A stretch of DNA of 64,000 nucleotides from an uncultured Thermomicrobiales bacterium (lineage in GTDB: Bacteria > Chloroflexota > Chloroflexia > Thermomicrobiales > UBA6265), in assembly GCA_902806345.1 (NCBI GenBank), contig CADCWF010000276.1, positions 596-64,595 of the forward strand. The letters run 5' to 3'. The number at the start of each line of letters is the position of its first letter. Within the stretch, counting starts at the first letter, position 1. Shown piece by piece: positions 54,198-63,269 of this stretch. Both the position numbers and the translations under genes were made by a program. The notes under the pieces were generated by a model that was not told the origin of the DNA, did not search any database, and saw only the letters and a program-made list of their open reading frames with translations.

Positions 54198-54959
54198 TCA
54201 GGCGACCGTGCGGCGGGCCAGAGCTGGCCGGTTCGGGTCCGCCAGCAACCACTCCGCCTCGGCGCCGCCCGGCGGGCCGATCTCGACCCAGCGGTGGCGG
54301 ACGGCGTGGAGGATGGCGCCGACTCGGTCGTCCACCCCCAACTTCCGGAGGACCGAGGTGAGGTGGTTCTTGACCGTCTGCTCGGTAACGTAGAGGGCAC
54401 CCGCAATCTGCTTGTTGGAGAGCCCCTGAGCGGCGCAGTCGAGCACAGCCAGCTCCCGTGTGGAGAGCGGCAGGGCCTCCAGGGCCGGAGCCTCGGGATG
54501 CCGACCCGGCAGCAGGCGGACATCCGCCCGCACCCGGTGGGCGAGCCCCGGCCGCCGTCCGAGGAGCGCCAACAGGGGCTGCTCGCCGGCGACGACCCGG
54601 TCGACCGTCTCGACGAGGGCGGCCGGCGGCAGGTCGCGCGGTAGCACCGCCGCGACGCCGGCGTGGTAGGCCTCCAGGAGCCGGGCATCGTCGGCGAAGA
54701 GCGAGACGAGGAGCAGCCGCGCTCGCGGCTCCTTGCGCCGGAGGATGCGCGCCGTCTTCAGCCCGGAGATGCCCGGCAACTGGACGTCGAGCACGATCAC
54801 TTCCGGGCTGTGGACGTCGGCGGCGTCGATCGCCTCGTGGGCGCACGCCGCCTCGGCCACCACCCGGTAGCGCCCGGTCCCCTCGAGCGCCCGCCGCACC
54901 CCCGTCCGGAAAAGCGGATGATCGTCGACGAGCAGAACCCGCCTGCCTCCCCCCAACAC
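54198..54959 (-). CDS. NarL/FixJ-family response regulator (REC + LuxR HTH), no adjacent kinase
   Basis: GTG at 54959 follows GGGAGGGAAGGGG. RVLLVDDHPLFRTG...VIVLDVQLPGISG receiver. LSTRELAVLDCAAQGLSNKQIAGALYVTEQTVKNHLTSVLRKL. Confidence 0.85.
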   Translation of the reverse strand: MLGGGRRVLLVDDHPLFRTGVRRALEGTGRYRVVAEAACAHEAIDAADVHSPEVIVLDVQLPGISGLKTARILRRKEPRARLLLVSLFADDARLLEAYHAGVAAVLPRDLPPAALVETVDRVVAGEQPLLALLGRRPGLAHRVRADVRLLPGRHPEAPALEALPLSTRELAVLDCAAQGLSNKQIAGALYVTEQTVKNHLTSVLRKLGVDDRVGAILHAVRHRWVEIGPPGGAEAEWLLADPNRPALARRTVA

Positions 54960-55376
54960 GGTCGCCCCTTCCCTCCCCGCTCTCCGGGCCGTCCCCCGGT
55001 GGTCCCGCCAAGGAGGCTCCCGGCCCTCCCCGGCGCCGCCGGGCCTCACCCCGGCCGGGACCGTTCGGCCCGTAACACCATCGTAGGGGGCGGACGGGCG
55101 AACCGCAACGGACAGTAAGGCAATGCCTCTCTCGCACCGCCAGGAAGAATTAGCTAGGGGCGAGAGACTTTTGATGACACGGTGTCACTGATCGCTGGCG
55201 TCCGAAGGCCACCAATGGCCACGTTGCCCCGCCGGATCGTGCCAGCCTGGCCACGCCGGTTGTCATAACCCGGTGACGCGCGGGAAGGACGCACCGGTAC
55301 CTCGGAACTCGGGCACGCCCCGGCGACGGCGGAGGACGGCGCGGCCGGCGATCCGGCGGCGCGGCGCGTGGCGGAA

Positions 55377-56018
55377 TCAGACGGTCGGGGAAGTGGCGTC
55401 CGGCCCAAAACCGAAGGCGGCGCGGACAAGGCGCTGGGCCAGCGGCACCACCTCGATCGGGCTCCGGTCTGGACCAGCGAGGGCATCGAAGGTTTCGAAA
55501 CCGGTCAGCACCCAGAGGACGGTCGCCGCCTCGTCGAGCGCGGCGGGGTCAGGTCGGCCATGGCACTCGGCCAGACGCCCGACCACGACGCGAGAGCCGT
55601 GGAGCCCCCGCTCCTGGCGCGCCCGGTTGCCCATGGCGATCTCGGGGTCGAGGACGGCCAAGGCGTTCAGCCGCCGGACGAGGAGCCGGTCGGCCGACCA
55701 GAACCGGCCGAACGCCGCGACGAAGGCATCGAGGGCTGCAAGCGGCTCCGGTTCGGCGAAGGCGGCGGGGAGGCGGCGGGCGAGCTCGCCCCGCTCGGCG
55801 AGGTCGTCGACGAGCGCGTCGAGCAGGCCGGCGCGGGAGCCGAAGCGGTGGTAGACCGTCATCCGGGCGACGTCGGCGGCGCGGGCCACGGCGTCGATGC
55901 TGAAACCGGCGGCGCCTGCGTCCGCCCCGAGCAGGTCACGGGCGGCGGCAACGATCTGGGACCGGGTCTCCTCGGCGGCGGCTTGGCGCTTGCCGAGGGT
56001 ATAGGGTCGTGGGGTCAC
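55377..56018 (-). CDS. TetR family transcriptional regulator
   Basis: HTH FSIDAVARAADVARMTVYHRFGSRAGLLDAL. Confidence 0.85.
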   Translation of the reverse strand: MTPRPYTLGKRQAAAEETRSQIVAAARDLLGADAGAAGFSIDAVARAADVARMTVYHRFGSRAGLLDALVDDLAERGELARRLPAAFAEPEPLAALDAFVAAFGRFWSADRLLVRRLNALAVLDPEIAMGNRARQERGLHGSRVVVGRLAECHGRPDPAALDEAATVLWVLTGFETFDALAGPDRSPIEVVPLAQRLVRAAFGFGPDATSPTV

Positions 56019-56050
56019 GGAGATCTGGGCTCCTTGCCGGCGACGTATTT

Positions 56051-56077
56051 CGTGTTACAGTATATCTAGTCAACACG
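56051..56077. promoter_or_regulatory. Candidate TetR operator/promoter in the divergent intergenic region
   Basis: cgtgtt-N15-aacacg inverted repeat around an AT-rich core acagtatatctagtc. Confidence 0.4.
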
Positions 56078-56196
56078 ATGAGAGCGGAGGCCCTTTGGCC
56101 GGGCGGAGCGGCGACGACCTCGGCCCCTTCGCCCCACCCATGGATTTGTATGGTGTGCTTGGCCAATGTTGGCCAAACGGGCGACGGGGGTCACCG

Positions 56197-56649
56197 ATGG
56201 ACGCGCTCTACCTGCTCCTGAAGTTCGTCCACATCGCCGCGGTCGTCGTCTGGATCGGCGGCCTCCTCGCGCTCGCGGTGATCACCGCCCGGCTGGCCCG
56301 TGCCGGCGAGGGCGACGCCCTCGCCGCAATGCGGCGCCAGAACCGGTTCTTCGGGCAGGTGGTCGTCGGCCCGGCGGGCGGCGTCGCGCTGCTCGCCGGG
56401 TTGGCGATGGTCGGCCAGGCCGGCTGGGGATTCGGCTCCCTCTGGGTCGTCTGGGGTCTGGTCGGGTTCGTCGTCTCGATGCTTCTCGGGGCAGTCCCGA
56501 TCCGCCGCGCTGGCGAGGCGGTGGACGCGTTGGCGCCCGACGATCCGCGCCTGGCTCCGCTCCAGAGTCGGCTGGCGACCTTGAGCGCGGTCAACCTGCT
56601 CGTCCTGGCCTCGGTCGTCTGGGCGATGGTCTTCAAACCCACGCTCTGA
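56197..56649 (+). CDS. DUF2269-like integral membrane protein
   Basis: ATG at 56197. MDALYLLLKFVHIAAVVVWIGGLLALAV and 4 TM segments. Divergent from tetR. Confidence 0.65.
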   Translation: MDALYLLLKFVHIAAVVVWIGGLLALAVITARLARAGEGDALAAMRRQNRFFGQVVVGPAGGVALLAGLAMVGQAGWGFGSLWVVWGLVGFVVSMLLGAVPIRRAGEAVDALAPDDPRLAPLQSRLATLSAVNLLVLASVVWAMVFKPTL

Positions 56650-56671
56650 TCGTCACCCGCGGAGGAACGCC

Positions 56672-57552
56672 GTGAAGCTCGGGTTGCACTTCAATGACTT
56701 CGCCTAGCCGGTCGCACCCGACCGGATCGGCCCGACCATGACCGAGACGGGCGGGCGGGCGAGGCGGCCGGGTTCGCCGCGATCGCCTTCATGGACCACG
56801 TCTAGCGGCACCCGATGATGGGCGGCGCCGAGGGGCCGGTGTTGGAGGGCTACGCGGCCCTGGCGTTCCTGGCCGCCCACACCAGCCGCGCCAAGCTGCT
56901 TGCCCTGGCGACGCCCGCGTCGTACCGCCATCCGGGCCTGCTCGCCAAGACGGTAACCGCGCTGGATGTCGTCTCCGGTGGCCGCGCCTGGCTCGGCATC
57001 GGCGCCGGCGACTACGAGGCCGAGACGCGCGGGCTGGGCATCCCCTACCCGCCCCTCGCCGAGCGCTACGAGCTGCTCGAAGACGCGGTCCGGGTCTGCC
57101 GCCGGATGTGGAGCGGCGAGCAGGGTGACGAGCGGCCCTTCGCCGGCATCCCCGCCCGGCTGGAGCGGCCGCTCAATCTGCCGCATTGCCTGTCCCGGCC
57201 GCACCCGCCGATCCTGATCGGGGGGAGCGGCGAGCGGCGGAGGCTGCCCCTCGTCGCCCGCTACGGCGACGCCTGCAACCTCCGCCCGAGCCCGGAGATC
57301 CCCCGCCAATTGGAGCTGCTCCGCGGCTCCTGCGAGGCCGAGGGGCGAGACTCCGACGCGATCGAGAAGACCGCCGTCTTCCGCTTCGACGTCGGCGAGG
57401 ACGGCGCCAGGGGGGGCGAGCTGATCGGGCGCCTGCGCTGGCTGGCCGGGATGGGCATCCAGACCGTCTTCGGCCGGCTCGTCGGCGACCACCGGTTGGC
57501 ACCAATCGAGGCCATCGGTCGCGCGGTGATGCCGGCGGGAGCCAACCTCTGA
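56672..57552 (+). pseudogene. LLM-class (luciferase-like, probably F420-dependent) oxidoreductase disrupted by two TAG codons and a frameshift
   Basis: GTG 56672 follows GGAGGA and gives VKLGLHFNDFA-TAG(56705)-PVAPDRIGPTMTE. There is a frame change within (GGGC)x3 at 56749-56760. It then reads RAGEAAGFAAIAFMDHV-TAG(56803)-RHPMMGGAEGPVLEGY..., continuing as track ORF 56815..57552. Confidence 0.65.
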
Positions 57553-57592
57553 ACCCCGTCGCCGACCTCGGCGTTCGCGCCGGGGCAGACCG

Positions 57593-58861
57593 CTAGCGGA
57601 GCGCCCCGGCCAGGGTCTCCGCCACCGCCGGCGACGGCGCCTGGAGGTAGAGCACGTCGGCGCCGACGCGGACGATGCGGGCGGTCACGTCGGCGGTCTC
57701 CAGCGACGCCTCGTCTGGGTCGGCCGCCTCCAGGCTGCCGCCGAACCGGGCCTGGATCCGCAGCGCGAGGGCGCGGGAAAAGGCGCGGGCGTCGTCCTCG
57801 CTGTCCCAGGTGCTGCGCCAGGCGAGCACCTCGGTCTGGCCGTCGGCCCAGAGCTGGTAGCGGTCGCCGTCCCAGCCGGCGGCGGCGTTGCGCGCCGCCT
57901 CGGGCAGCGCCAGCATCCCAGTGAAGGGGTCGATCCCTTCGCCGGGTCCGAGGTCGGCGAGCAGGAGGGCGACGGTCAGTTCCCCCAGGGTGTCGTCGTC
58001 GACCAGCTCCCAGCCGTCTCCCAGGACCGGTGCGAGGTCGGGCAGGGAGACGGGGGTCGGGACATCGCGCTCGGCGAGGTACTTCTCCGGGTGGAGGATC
58101 TGTTCGGTGGAGACCGGGAGGTCGGCGTAGGCGGCGTCGACGGCGGCCCAGCCGCCCTCGGCCCGCAGCGCGGCGACGAACTCGGGGCCGGCGGCGTAGG
58201 GGAAGATCAGCCAGACGACGAGGGCGCCCGGCGCCGCGTCGAGCACCGGGCTGGCCGGCACCCCGCCGAAGGCGATGCCGGTGGCGAGCTGGGGGTTGGC
58301 GGAGAGGTAGTCGAGCGAGGCGATGGTCGCGTCCCCCTCGATCAACGCGGCGATCGCCGTCGCCTCGTCGCCGTTGCGGTCGGTCAGCGATTCCGTGATC
58401 GCATCGAGGCCGAGGCGGGCGTCCTGGAGGGCGTGGACGACCTCGTGGGAGTAGGTGAACTCCTCGACCGGGCCGAGGTCGGCGTCCTCGCCGAGGACGA
58501 CCATCTCGTCGGTGAGGGGGTCGAAGTAGCCGGCCACCTGCTCGCCGAGGAGGTCCAGGTAGAGCGCCAGGAGGTCGGTCCCCTCGGGTAGCAGGCCGAG
58601 CGCGGCGTAGGCGCGGCCGTCGGCGGCGGCGTCTTCCGGTGGGTAGTCCTCGGCGATCAGGCCGGGCAGCCGCGCCCGCAGCTCGTCGGCGGAGATGAAG
58701 ATGTCGTCAATCTCGGCCAGCGGCGGCAGTTCGCGCAGGGCGGCGGTCTCGCCGGCGATGGCGTCGAGTTGGGCCTCGTCGGCCGCACCGGCGAGGGGCG
58801 TCGCCAGCAGCAGGGCGGCACCGAGCGCGGCGGCGAGGCGGGGACGGCGACGGTTCGACAC
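57593..58861 (-). CDS. Secreted HExxH-motif protein (putative zinc metallopeptidase-like)
   Basis: Signal peptide RRRPRLAAALGAALLLATPLAGA. YSHEVVHALQD motif. 422 aa. Confidence 0.6.
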   Translation of the reverse strand: MSNRRRPRLAAALGAALLLATPLAGAADEAQLDAIAGETAALRELPPLAEIDDIFISADELRARLPGLIAEDYPPEDAAADGRAYAALGLLPEGTDLLALYLDLLGEQVAGYFDPLTDEMVVLGEDADLGPVEEFTYSHEVVHALQDARLGLDAITESLTDRNGDEATAIAALIEGDATIASLDYLSANPQLATGIAFGGVPASPVLDAAPGALVVWLIFPYAAGPEFVAALRAEGGWAAVDAAYADLPVSTEQILHPEKYLAERDVPTPVSLPDLAPVLGDGWELVDDDTLGELTVALLLADLGPGEGIDPFTGMLALPEAARNAAAGWDGDRYQLWADGQTEVLAWRSTWDSEDDARAFSRALALRIQARFGGSLEAADPDEASLETADVTARIVRVGADVLYLQAPSPAVAETLAGALR

Positions 58862-59190
58862 GGACAGGCTCCTCTCGCGACGGACCGCGGTGGCGGGGCG
58901 GGTAGGCCGCGGCCGGATCGGTATCCGAGCCGCCGGCCCGAGGGCACGGCCCCCAGGATTGGACGCCGGCCGAATGATCGGCCGCGGGGTCGGCCCGAAA
59001 CAACCTCGCCCCGCCGTGGGACGGCCGAGCGACCGGGCGTTCTCTCACTCCCGAGACGTTTGGCTACCGGCGGGTCCGAGCGGCCGCAAGGGAGCGAGCC
59101 GTAGTGGCACCCCGTTTGCGTAGCCGGCACCTATATGCAATCGGCGGTGCGGGCATTCGGCACGGGCGGCAGCGCGTAGGAGGGGTCACG

Positions 59191-59886
59191 ATGAGCGATC
59201 GAGGTAGCGGGCAAGGCAGTTCGGGGTCGAACCCGCCGGTTCCGACGTCCGGCGGCGGCATCTCCGGCGGTGCGGGCAGCCTGGGAAGCACGGGCTCTAG
59301 CACGAACTTCCCCTCCCCCGGCGCTTCCGCGAGCGGTGCGGGGGACTCGGGGGCGACCGCCGGTTCCGGCTCAATGTCCGGTTCCGGCTCATTGTCCGGT
59401 CCCGGATCGACCGGCACCGGCGCGGCAGGCGGCATGGGCGCCAGCGGCGGCATGGGCGGGTCGTTCGGCTCCGGTGGCGCGGCTGGCTCGGCCGGCGGCG
59501 ACAGCGGATTGATGGGCGGCGAGAGCGGCTCCGGCGGAGCCAGCGGACTCGGCGCCGCCAAGCAGAAGGCGGCCGAGGCAGCCGGTACCGTCAAGGAGCA
59601 GCTGGCCGGCGCCGCCGCCAAGGCGACCGGCGTCACCAGCCAGGCGACCGAGCAGGCAGCGGGCGGTCTCCACAAGGCGGCCGACATGCTTCGCGAGCGC
59701 GGGGGCGAGAGCGGTGGCGCGGCCGTCACCGTGGCGGACAAGCTCGAATCGGCATCTGGCTACCTGCAGGGCGCCTCGGGCGACGAGTTGAAGAGCAGCC
59801 TGGAGTCGATGGTTCGGGGCAGGCCGGCGCAGACGTTGCTGGTGGCCGCGGGCCTCGGCTTCCTGCTCGCCAAGGTCACCCGTTAG
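59191..59886 (+). CDS. Gly/Ser-rich protein with ElaB/YqjD-like (DUF883) C-terminal membrane anchor
   Basis: ATG at 59191 follows TAGGAGGGG. About 120 aa of G/S low complexity, then a helical region and a tail PAQTLLVAAGLGFLLAKVTR. Confidence 0.65.
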   Translation: MSDRGSGQGSSGSNPPVPTSGGGISGGAGSLGSTGSSTNFPSPGASASGAGDSGATAGSGSMSGSGSLSGPGSTGTGAAGGMGASGGMGGSFGSGGAAGSAGGDSGLMGGESGSGGASGLGAAKQKAAEAAGTVKEQLAGAAAKATGVTSQATEQAAGGLHKAADMLRERGGESGGAAVTVADKLESASGYLQGASGDELKSSLESMVRGRPAQTLLVAAGLGFLLAKVTR

Positions 59887-59908
59887 GAACGGCCGAGGGG
59901 GCGCAGCG

Positions 59909-60400
59909 ATGGATCAGGAGATGCGCGGCGGCGCCCGGCCCGTCGGGGGATTCCGGAGCGACGGGGGATCAGGGGTACCAAACGACAACCCGGGCGCCCG
60001 TTTGACCGACGAGGCGCAGGGTATCGGTGCCCTCGTCGGCGGGGTGATCAAGGACCTGCAGGAACTCCTGCGGTTCGAGATCCAGTTGGCCAAGACCGAG
60101 CTGAAGGAAGACGCGACGGCGGCCGGGAAGGGCGCTGGCGCGATGGTGGCCGGCGGCCTGATCGGCCTGATCGGGTTCATCTTCCTGATGCTGGCCCTCA
60201 CCTACGGGCTGGCGACCCGGCTGCCGATGTGGGCCAGCGCGCTCATCGTCGCGGTGCTCCTGTTCGTCGTCGCCGCCGTCCTGGCGCTGTGGGGCAAGAA
60301 GGAGCTGGCCGCGACCAAGCTCGGCCCGGAGCAGACGATTGCCACCCTGAAGGAGGACCAGCAATGGGCCAAACAGCAGATCAGCTCCGTCAAGAAATAG
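59909..60400 (+). CDS. Holin-X / phage holin family 3-6 type membrane protein (DUF1469-like)
   Basis: LVGGVIKDLQELLRFEIQLAKTELKED followed by two TM segments. Confidence 0.7.
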   Translation: MDQEMRGGARPVGGFRSDGGSGVPNDNPGARLTDEAQGIGALVGGVIKDLQELLRFEIQLAKTELKEDATAAGKGAGAMVAGGLIGLIGFIFLMLALTYGLATRLPMWASALIVAVLLFVVAAVLALWGKKELAATKLGPEQTIATLKEDQQWAKQQISSVKK

Positions 60401-61341
60401 AGCACAAACGGGACGACGCAGCGGCCAAGATCGGTCAGATCGAGGCCAGGGTGCAGGATATTCCGAACCTGGCGCGGGCAACGGTCAAAGGGTCGGTCGA
60501 CCAGTCGATCGGCCAGGTCCGGGAGTCGGTCGACCAATCGCTCAGCCAGGCACGGGTAGCGGTGGAGGCGAAGGTGGAGAAGCTCAAGGAGCAGACGGAT
60601 ATCCAGGGGCAGGTCGGGCAGCGGCCGCTGGCCGCGCTCGGCGTCGCCTTCGCCGGCGGCTACCTCCTCGGCAAGGTGCTGGGCGGCGACACGTCGTCCC
60701 AGGGCAGCTCCTCCTACCAGACGGACTGGAGCCAGGCGCACTCGTCCGACCAGGCCAGCCATGGCGGCGGCCAGGAGTCCGGCCGGATGGGCATCGGCGC
60801 CGGCCAACGCTCCGGGAGCCAGGGTCCGAGCCAGCCGAACGCGGTCGTCGTGGCCCTCAAGCAGGCCGCCCGCGAGGCCGGGCTCGACAACACGCTGTCG
60901 GCGCTCTCCGGGGCCCTCGTCGCCACGCTGACCGACCAGTTCAACCGGACGATCCGCGAGACCTTCCCCGACTTCGCCAAGCACCTTGAGCAGCAGGGCG
61001 GTCTGGGCGCCGCAGGCACGGCCGGCGGCTCGTCGATGGCGGGGGGCCGCTCGGGGATGGGCGGTTCGGCGGCCGGCGGTTCGGGCATGGGCGGGTCGTC
61101 GATGAGCGGGGCAGGCTCGGCCGGCTCCGGCTCGGGGATGGGGAGCTCCGCCTCGAGCATCGGCGGCACCGGTTCCGCGGCCGGCGGGGGCACCACGTCG
61201 ACCTACGGCCAGAGCGGGGCGAACACCGACGCCGCCTCCCGCACGTTCGGGGCGGGCGACGGCGGCTCCTCCCCAGCCTCGACCGACGCGTCCGGCCGCC
61301 CGACCTCGTACTTCGGCAGCGGGTCGTCGACGGCGCAGTAA
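60364..61341 (+). CDS. DUF3618-like protein with Gly/Ser-rich C-terminus
   Basis: ATG at 60364 follows AAGGAGGA, inside the preceding gene's 3-prime end. MGQTADQLRQEIEHKRDDAAAKIGQIEARV, a central TM segment PLAALGVAFAGGYLLGKVL, and a G/S/M-rich tail. Confidence 0.65.
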   Translation: MGQTADQLRQEIEHKRDDAAAKIGQIEARVQDIPNLARATVKGSVDQSIGQVRESVDQSLSQARVAVEAKVEKLKEQTDIQGQVGQRPLAALGVAFAGGYLLGKVLGGDTSSQGSSSYQTDWSQAHSSDQASHGGGQESGRMGIGAGQRSGSQGPSQPNAVVVALKQAAREAGLDNTLSALSGALVATLTDQFNRTIRETFPDFAKHLEQQGGLGAAGTAGGSSMAGGRSGMGGSAAGGSGMGGSSMSGAGSAGSGSGMGSSASSIGGTGSAAGGGTTSTYGQSGANTDAASRTFGAGDGGSSPASTDASGRPTSYFGSGSSTAQ

Positions 61342-61366
61342 CCCCGCATGCGTCGACTCCCCGCGA

Positions 61367-61398
61367 GCGGGGCCGCCGGCTGGTGCCGGCGGCCCCGC
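61367..61398. terminator. Bidirectional terminator-like hairpin between convergent genes
   Basis: gcggggccgccggc-tggt-gccggcggccccgc, a perfect 14-bp stem. Confidence 0.55.
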
Positions 61399-61430
61399 TC
61401 CGCGTCCTCCGCGGTTCCCGGCCCGGGGAC

Positions 61431-62348
61431 CTACAGCCGCTTCGCGCCGTTGACCATCACCTTGACGCCGTAGAGCGAGGTGGTGCCGCAGATGTAGAGG
61501 TAGTTGCGCTTCGGCCCGCCGCCGAACTCGACGTTGGCGACGACCTCGGGCACCTTTACCTTGCCGAGCAGCGTCCCGTCCGGGTCGTAGCAGTGGACGC
61601 CGTCGGCGGCGCTGACCCAGAGCCGACCGCCCACGTCGAGCCGGAAGCCGTCGAAGAGGCCGGCGGTACAGACCGCGAAGACCTCGCCGCCGGTGAGGGT
61701 GCCGCCTTCGCCGACGGCGAAGCGGCGGAGGTGGCGCGGGCCGTCCTCGGCGTGGGTCGCCCCGGTGTCGGCGACGTAGAGCAGGTCCTCGTCAGGCGAG
61801 AAGGCGATGCCGTTGGGGCGGGCGAAGTCGGTCGCGACGGCGCGGAGGTCGCCGCTGGCGGGGTCCAGTCGGTAGACGTGGCAGCCGCCGATCTCCGGCT
61901 CCGCCAAGTGGCCCTCGTAGTCCGACTCGATGCCGTAGGCCGGGTCAGTGAACCAGACCGTGTCGTCCGACTTGACCACCACGTCGTTCGGGCTGTTGAG
62001 CCGTTTGCCCTCGTGGCGGTCGGCCAGGGTGACGACGACCCCGTCGTGCTCGGTGCGGCTGACCCGGCGGCCGCCGTGCTCGCAGGTGACGAGCCGGCCC
62101 TGGCGGTCGACGGTGTTGCCGTTGGTGTAGCCGGCCGGGTACCGAAAGACGCCGACGGTCCCGCTCGCCTCGTCGTAGCGGAGGATGCGGTCGTTCGGGA
62201 TGTCGCTCCAGACCAGCGAGCGCCAGGCCGGCTGGTAGGCGGGGCCCTCTGCCCAGCGGCACCCCTCGTAGAGCTTTTCCACCTTGCCGGTGGTGTTGAT
62301 GCAGCGGCGGAAGCGGCTGTCCAGGATCTCGTAGTCGGCGTCGGCCAT
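61431..62348 (-). CDS. SMP-30/gluconolactonase/LRE family protein
   Basis: Internal ATG at 62348. EGPAYQPAWRSLVWSDIPNDRILRYD and repeated beta-propeller blades (NGIAFSPDEDLLYVADT). Confidence 0.85.
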   Translation of the reverse strand: MADADYEILDSRFRRCINTTGKVEKLYEGCRWAEGPAYQPAWRSLVWSDIPNDRILRYDEASGTVGVFRYPAGYTNGNTVDRQGRLVTCEHGGRRVSRTEHDGVVVTLADRHEGKRLNSPNDVVVKSDDTVWFTDPAYGIESDYEGHLAEPEIGGCHVYRLDPASGDLRAVATDFARPNGIAFSPDEDLLYVADTGATHAEDGPRHLRRFAVGEGGTLTGGEVFAVCTAGLFDGFRLDVGGRLWVSAADGVHCYDPDGTLLGKVKVPEVVANVEFGGGPKRNYLYICGTTSLYGVKVMVNGAKRL

Positions 62349-62588
62349 CGCGCCCGTGTCCCTCCCGTCGTCGCGGTGCGGCGAGCGGAGCCGGCCGTGG
62401 CGCCGGTTCGCCCTCCTCGTTGCCGCGGTCGCTTCGATCCGGGCGGGACGGTAGCACGACGCGGGGAAGGACGGAATCCGTTGAGGTCTCCCCCGGCCCT
62501 CCGTCGTTCGGGCGACGCAGCGGCAGCCCGTTTCGGGATACAACGACCCTATCGGTCTCGTTCGGCCGCCCGCATGTGACCATCCGCG

Positions 62589-63170
62589 ATGGAGGTTCCC
62601 CCAATGACCTTGTCCGACCTTTCACTCGACATCGGGGCCGCCCGAGACGGGAAGCGGTCGCTGATCGAGCAGACCGCCGGCCTCGACCCCGCCGACCTGC
62701 GGCCGCTGACGACCGAGATCTACGACCGGGTCGAGGAGATCGTGGCCGGGGCGCCGGACGCCGCGGTCGGCTTTGTCCCGGACGACCCTGGGGCGGACCC
62801 GGAGGAGGGGCCGGGGTGGACCCTCGGCCACGTCGTCGTCCACCTGACCGCCGGGCTGGAGGAGAACGCCGCCCAGGGCTGCACCCTCGCCCGTGGCTCC
62901 GAGATCACCGGGCGGCCCCGCTACGAGACGCCGTGGGAGGAGGTCACCACCGCGGCCGAGGTCGGGCAGCGCCTGGCCGAGAGCCGCCGGATGGCCCTCG
63001 CCTTCCTCGCCGCCTGGCCGGACCGGCCGCACCTGGACGCCGTCCACGAGCACCGGGCGTTCGGCCCGATGAACGCCGTCGCCTACCACGCCCTCGGCCT
63101 GAACCACGCCAAGAGCCACCTCGCCCAGCTCGCGGAGATCGTGCGGCAGGCGGCCGCCGCCGGGAACTGA
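62589..63170 (+). CDS. DinB-family (DinB_2-like) protein
   Basis: Four-helix-bundle His pattern (LGHVVVHLTAG ... NHAKSHLAQL). The start may be the ATG at 62604. Confidence 0.65.
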   Translation: MEVPPMTLSDLSLDIGAARDGKRSLIEQTAGLDPADLRPLTTEIYDRVEEIVAGAPDAAVGFVPDDPGADPEEGPGWTLGHVVVHLTAGLEENAAQGCTLARGSEITGRPRYETPWEEVTTAAEVGQRLAESRRMALAFLAAWPDRPHLDAVHEHRAFGPMNAVAYHALGLNHAKSHLAQLAEIVRQAAAAGN

Positions 63171-63269
63171 TGCGGGCTCCGGGAGGGGAGGCGGTGGGAA
63201 TCCCCGGCCGCCCCCTCTCCCGTGCCGCCGGGTTCTGTCGCACCTGTCGCATCTGATGCACCTCTGAGG

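Noticed and set aside
53804-54688. A 294-aa minus-strand ORF as a real protein.
   Set aside because: Most of it is an alternative frame of the response regulator gene (54198-54959). Only its last ~22 codons (from ATG 53869) look genuine, as the N-terminus of the membrane protein.
12498-56805. In-frame TAG codons as possible pyrrolysine or amber reassignment.
   Set aside because: TAG terminates many well-supported genes here (for example at 1606-1608, 3035-3037, 12010-12012 and 41713-41715). No Pyl machinery or methylamine methyltransferase context is visible. Pseudogenisation is the simpler explanation.
59909-60400. A phage holin family protein as evidence of a prophage.
   Set aside because: No capsid, tail, terminase, integrase or lysin genes are nearby. 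This holin-X type occurs in the conserved chromosomal DUF883/DUF3618 triad.
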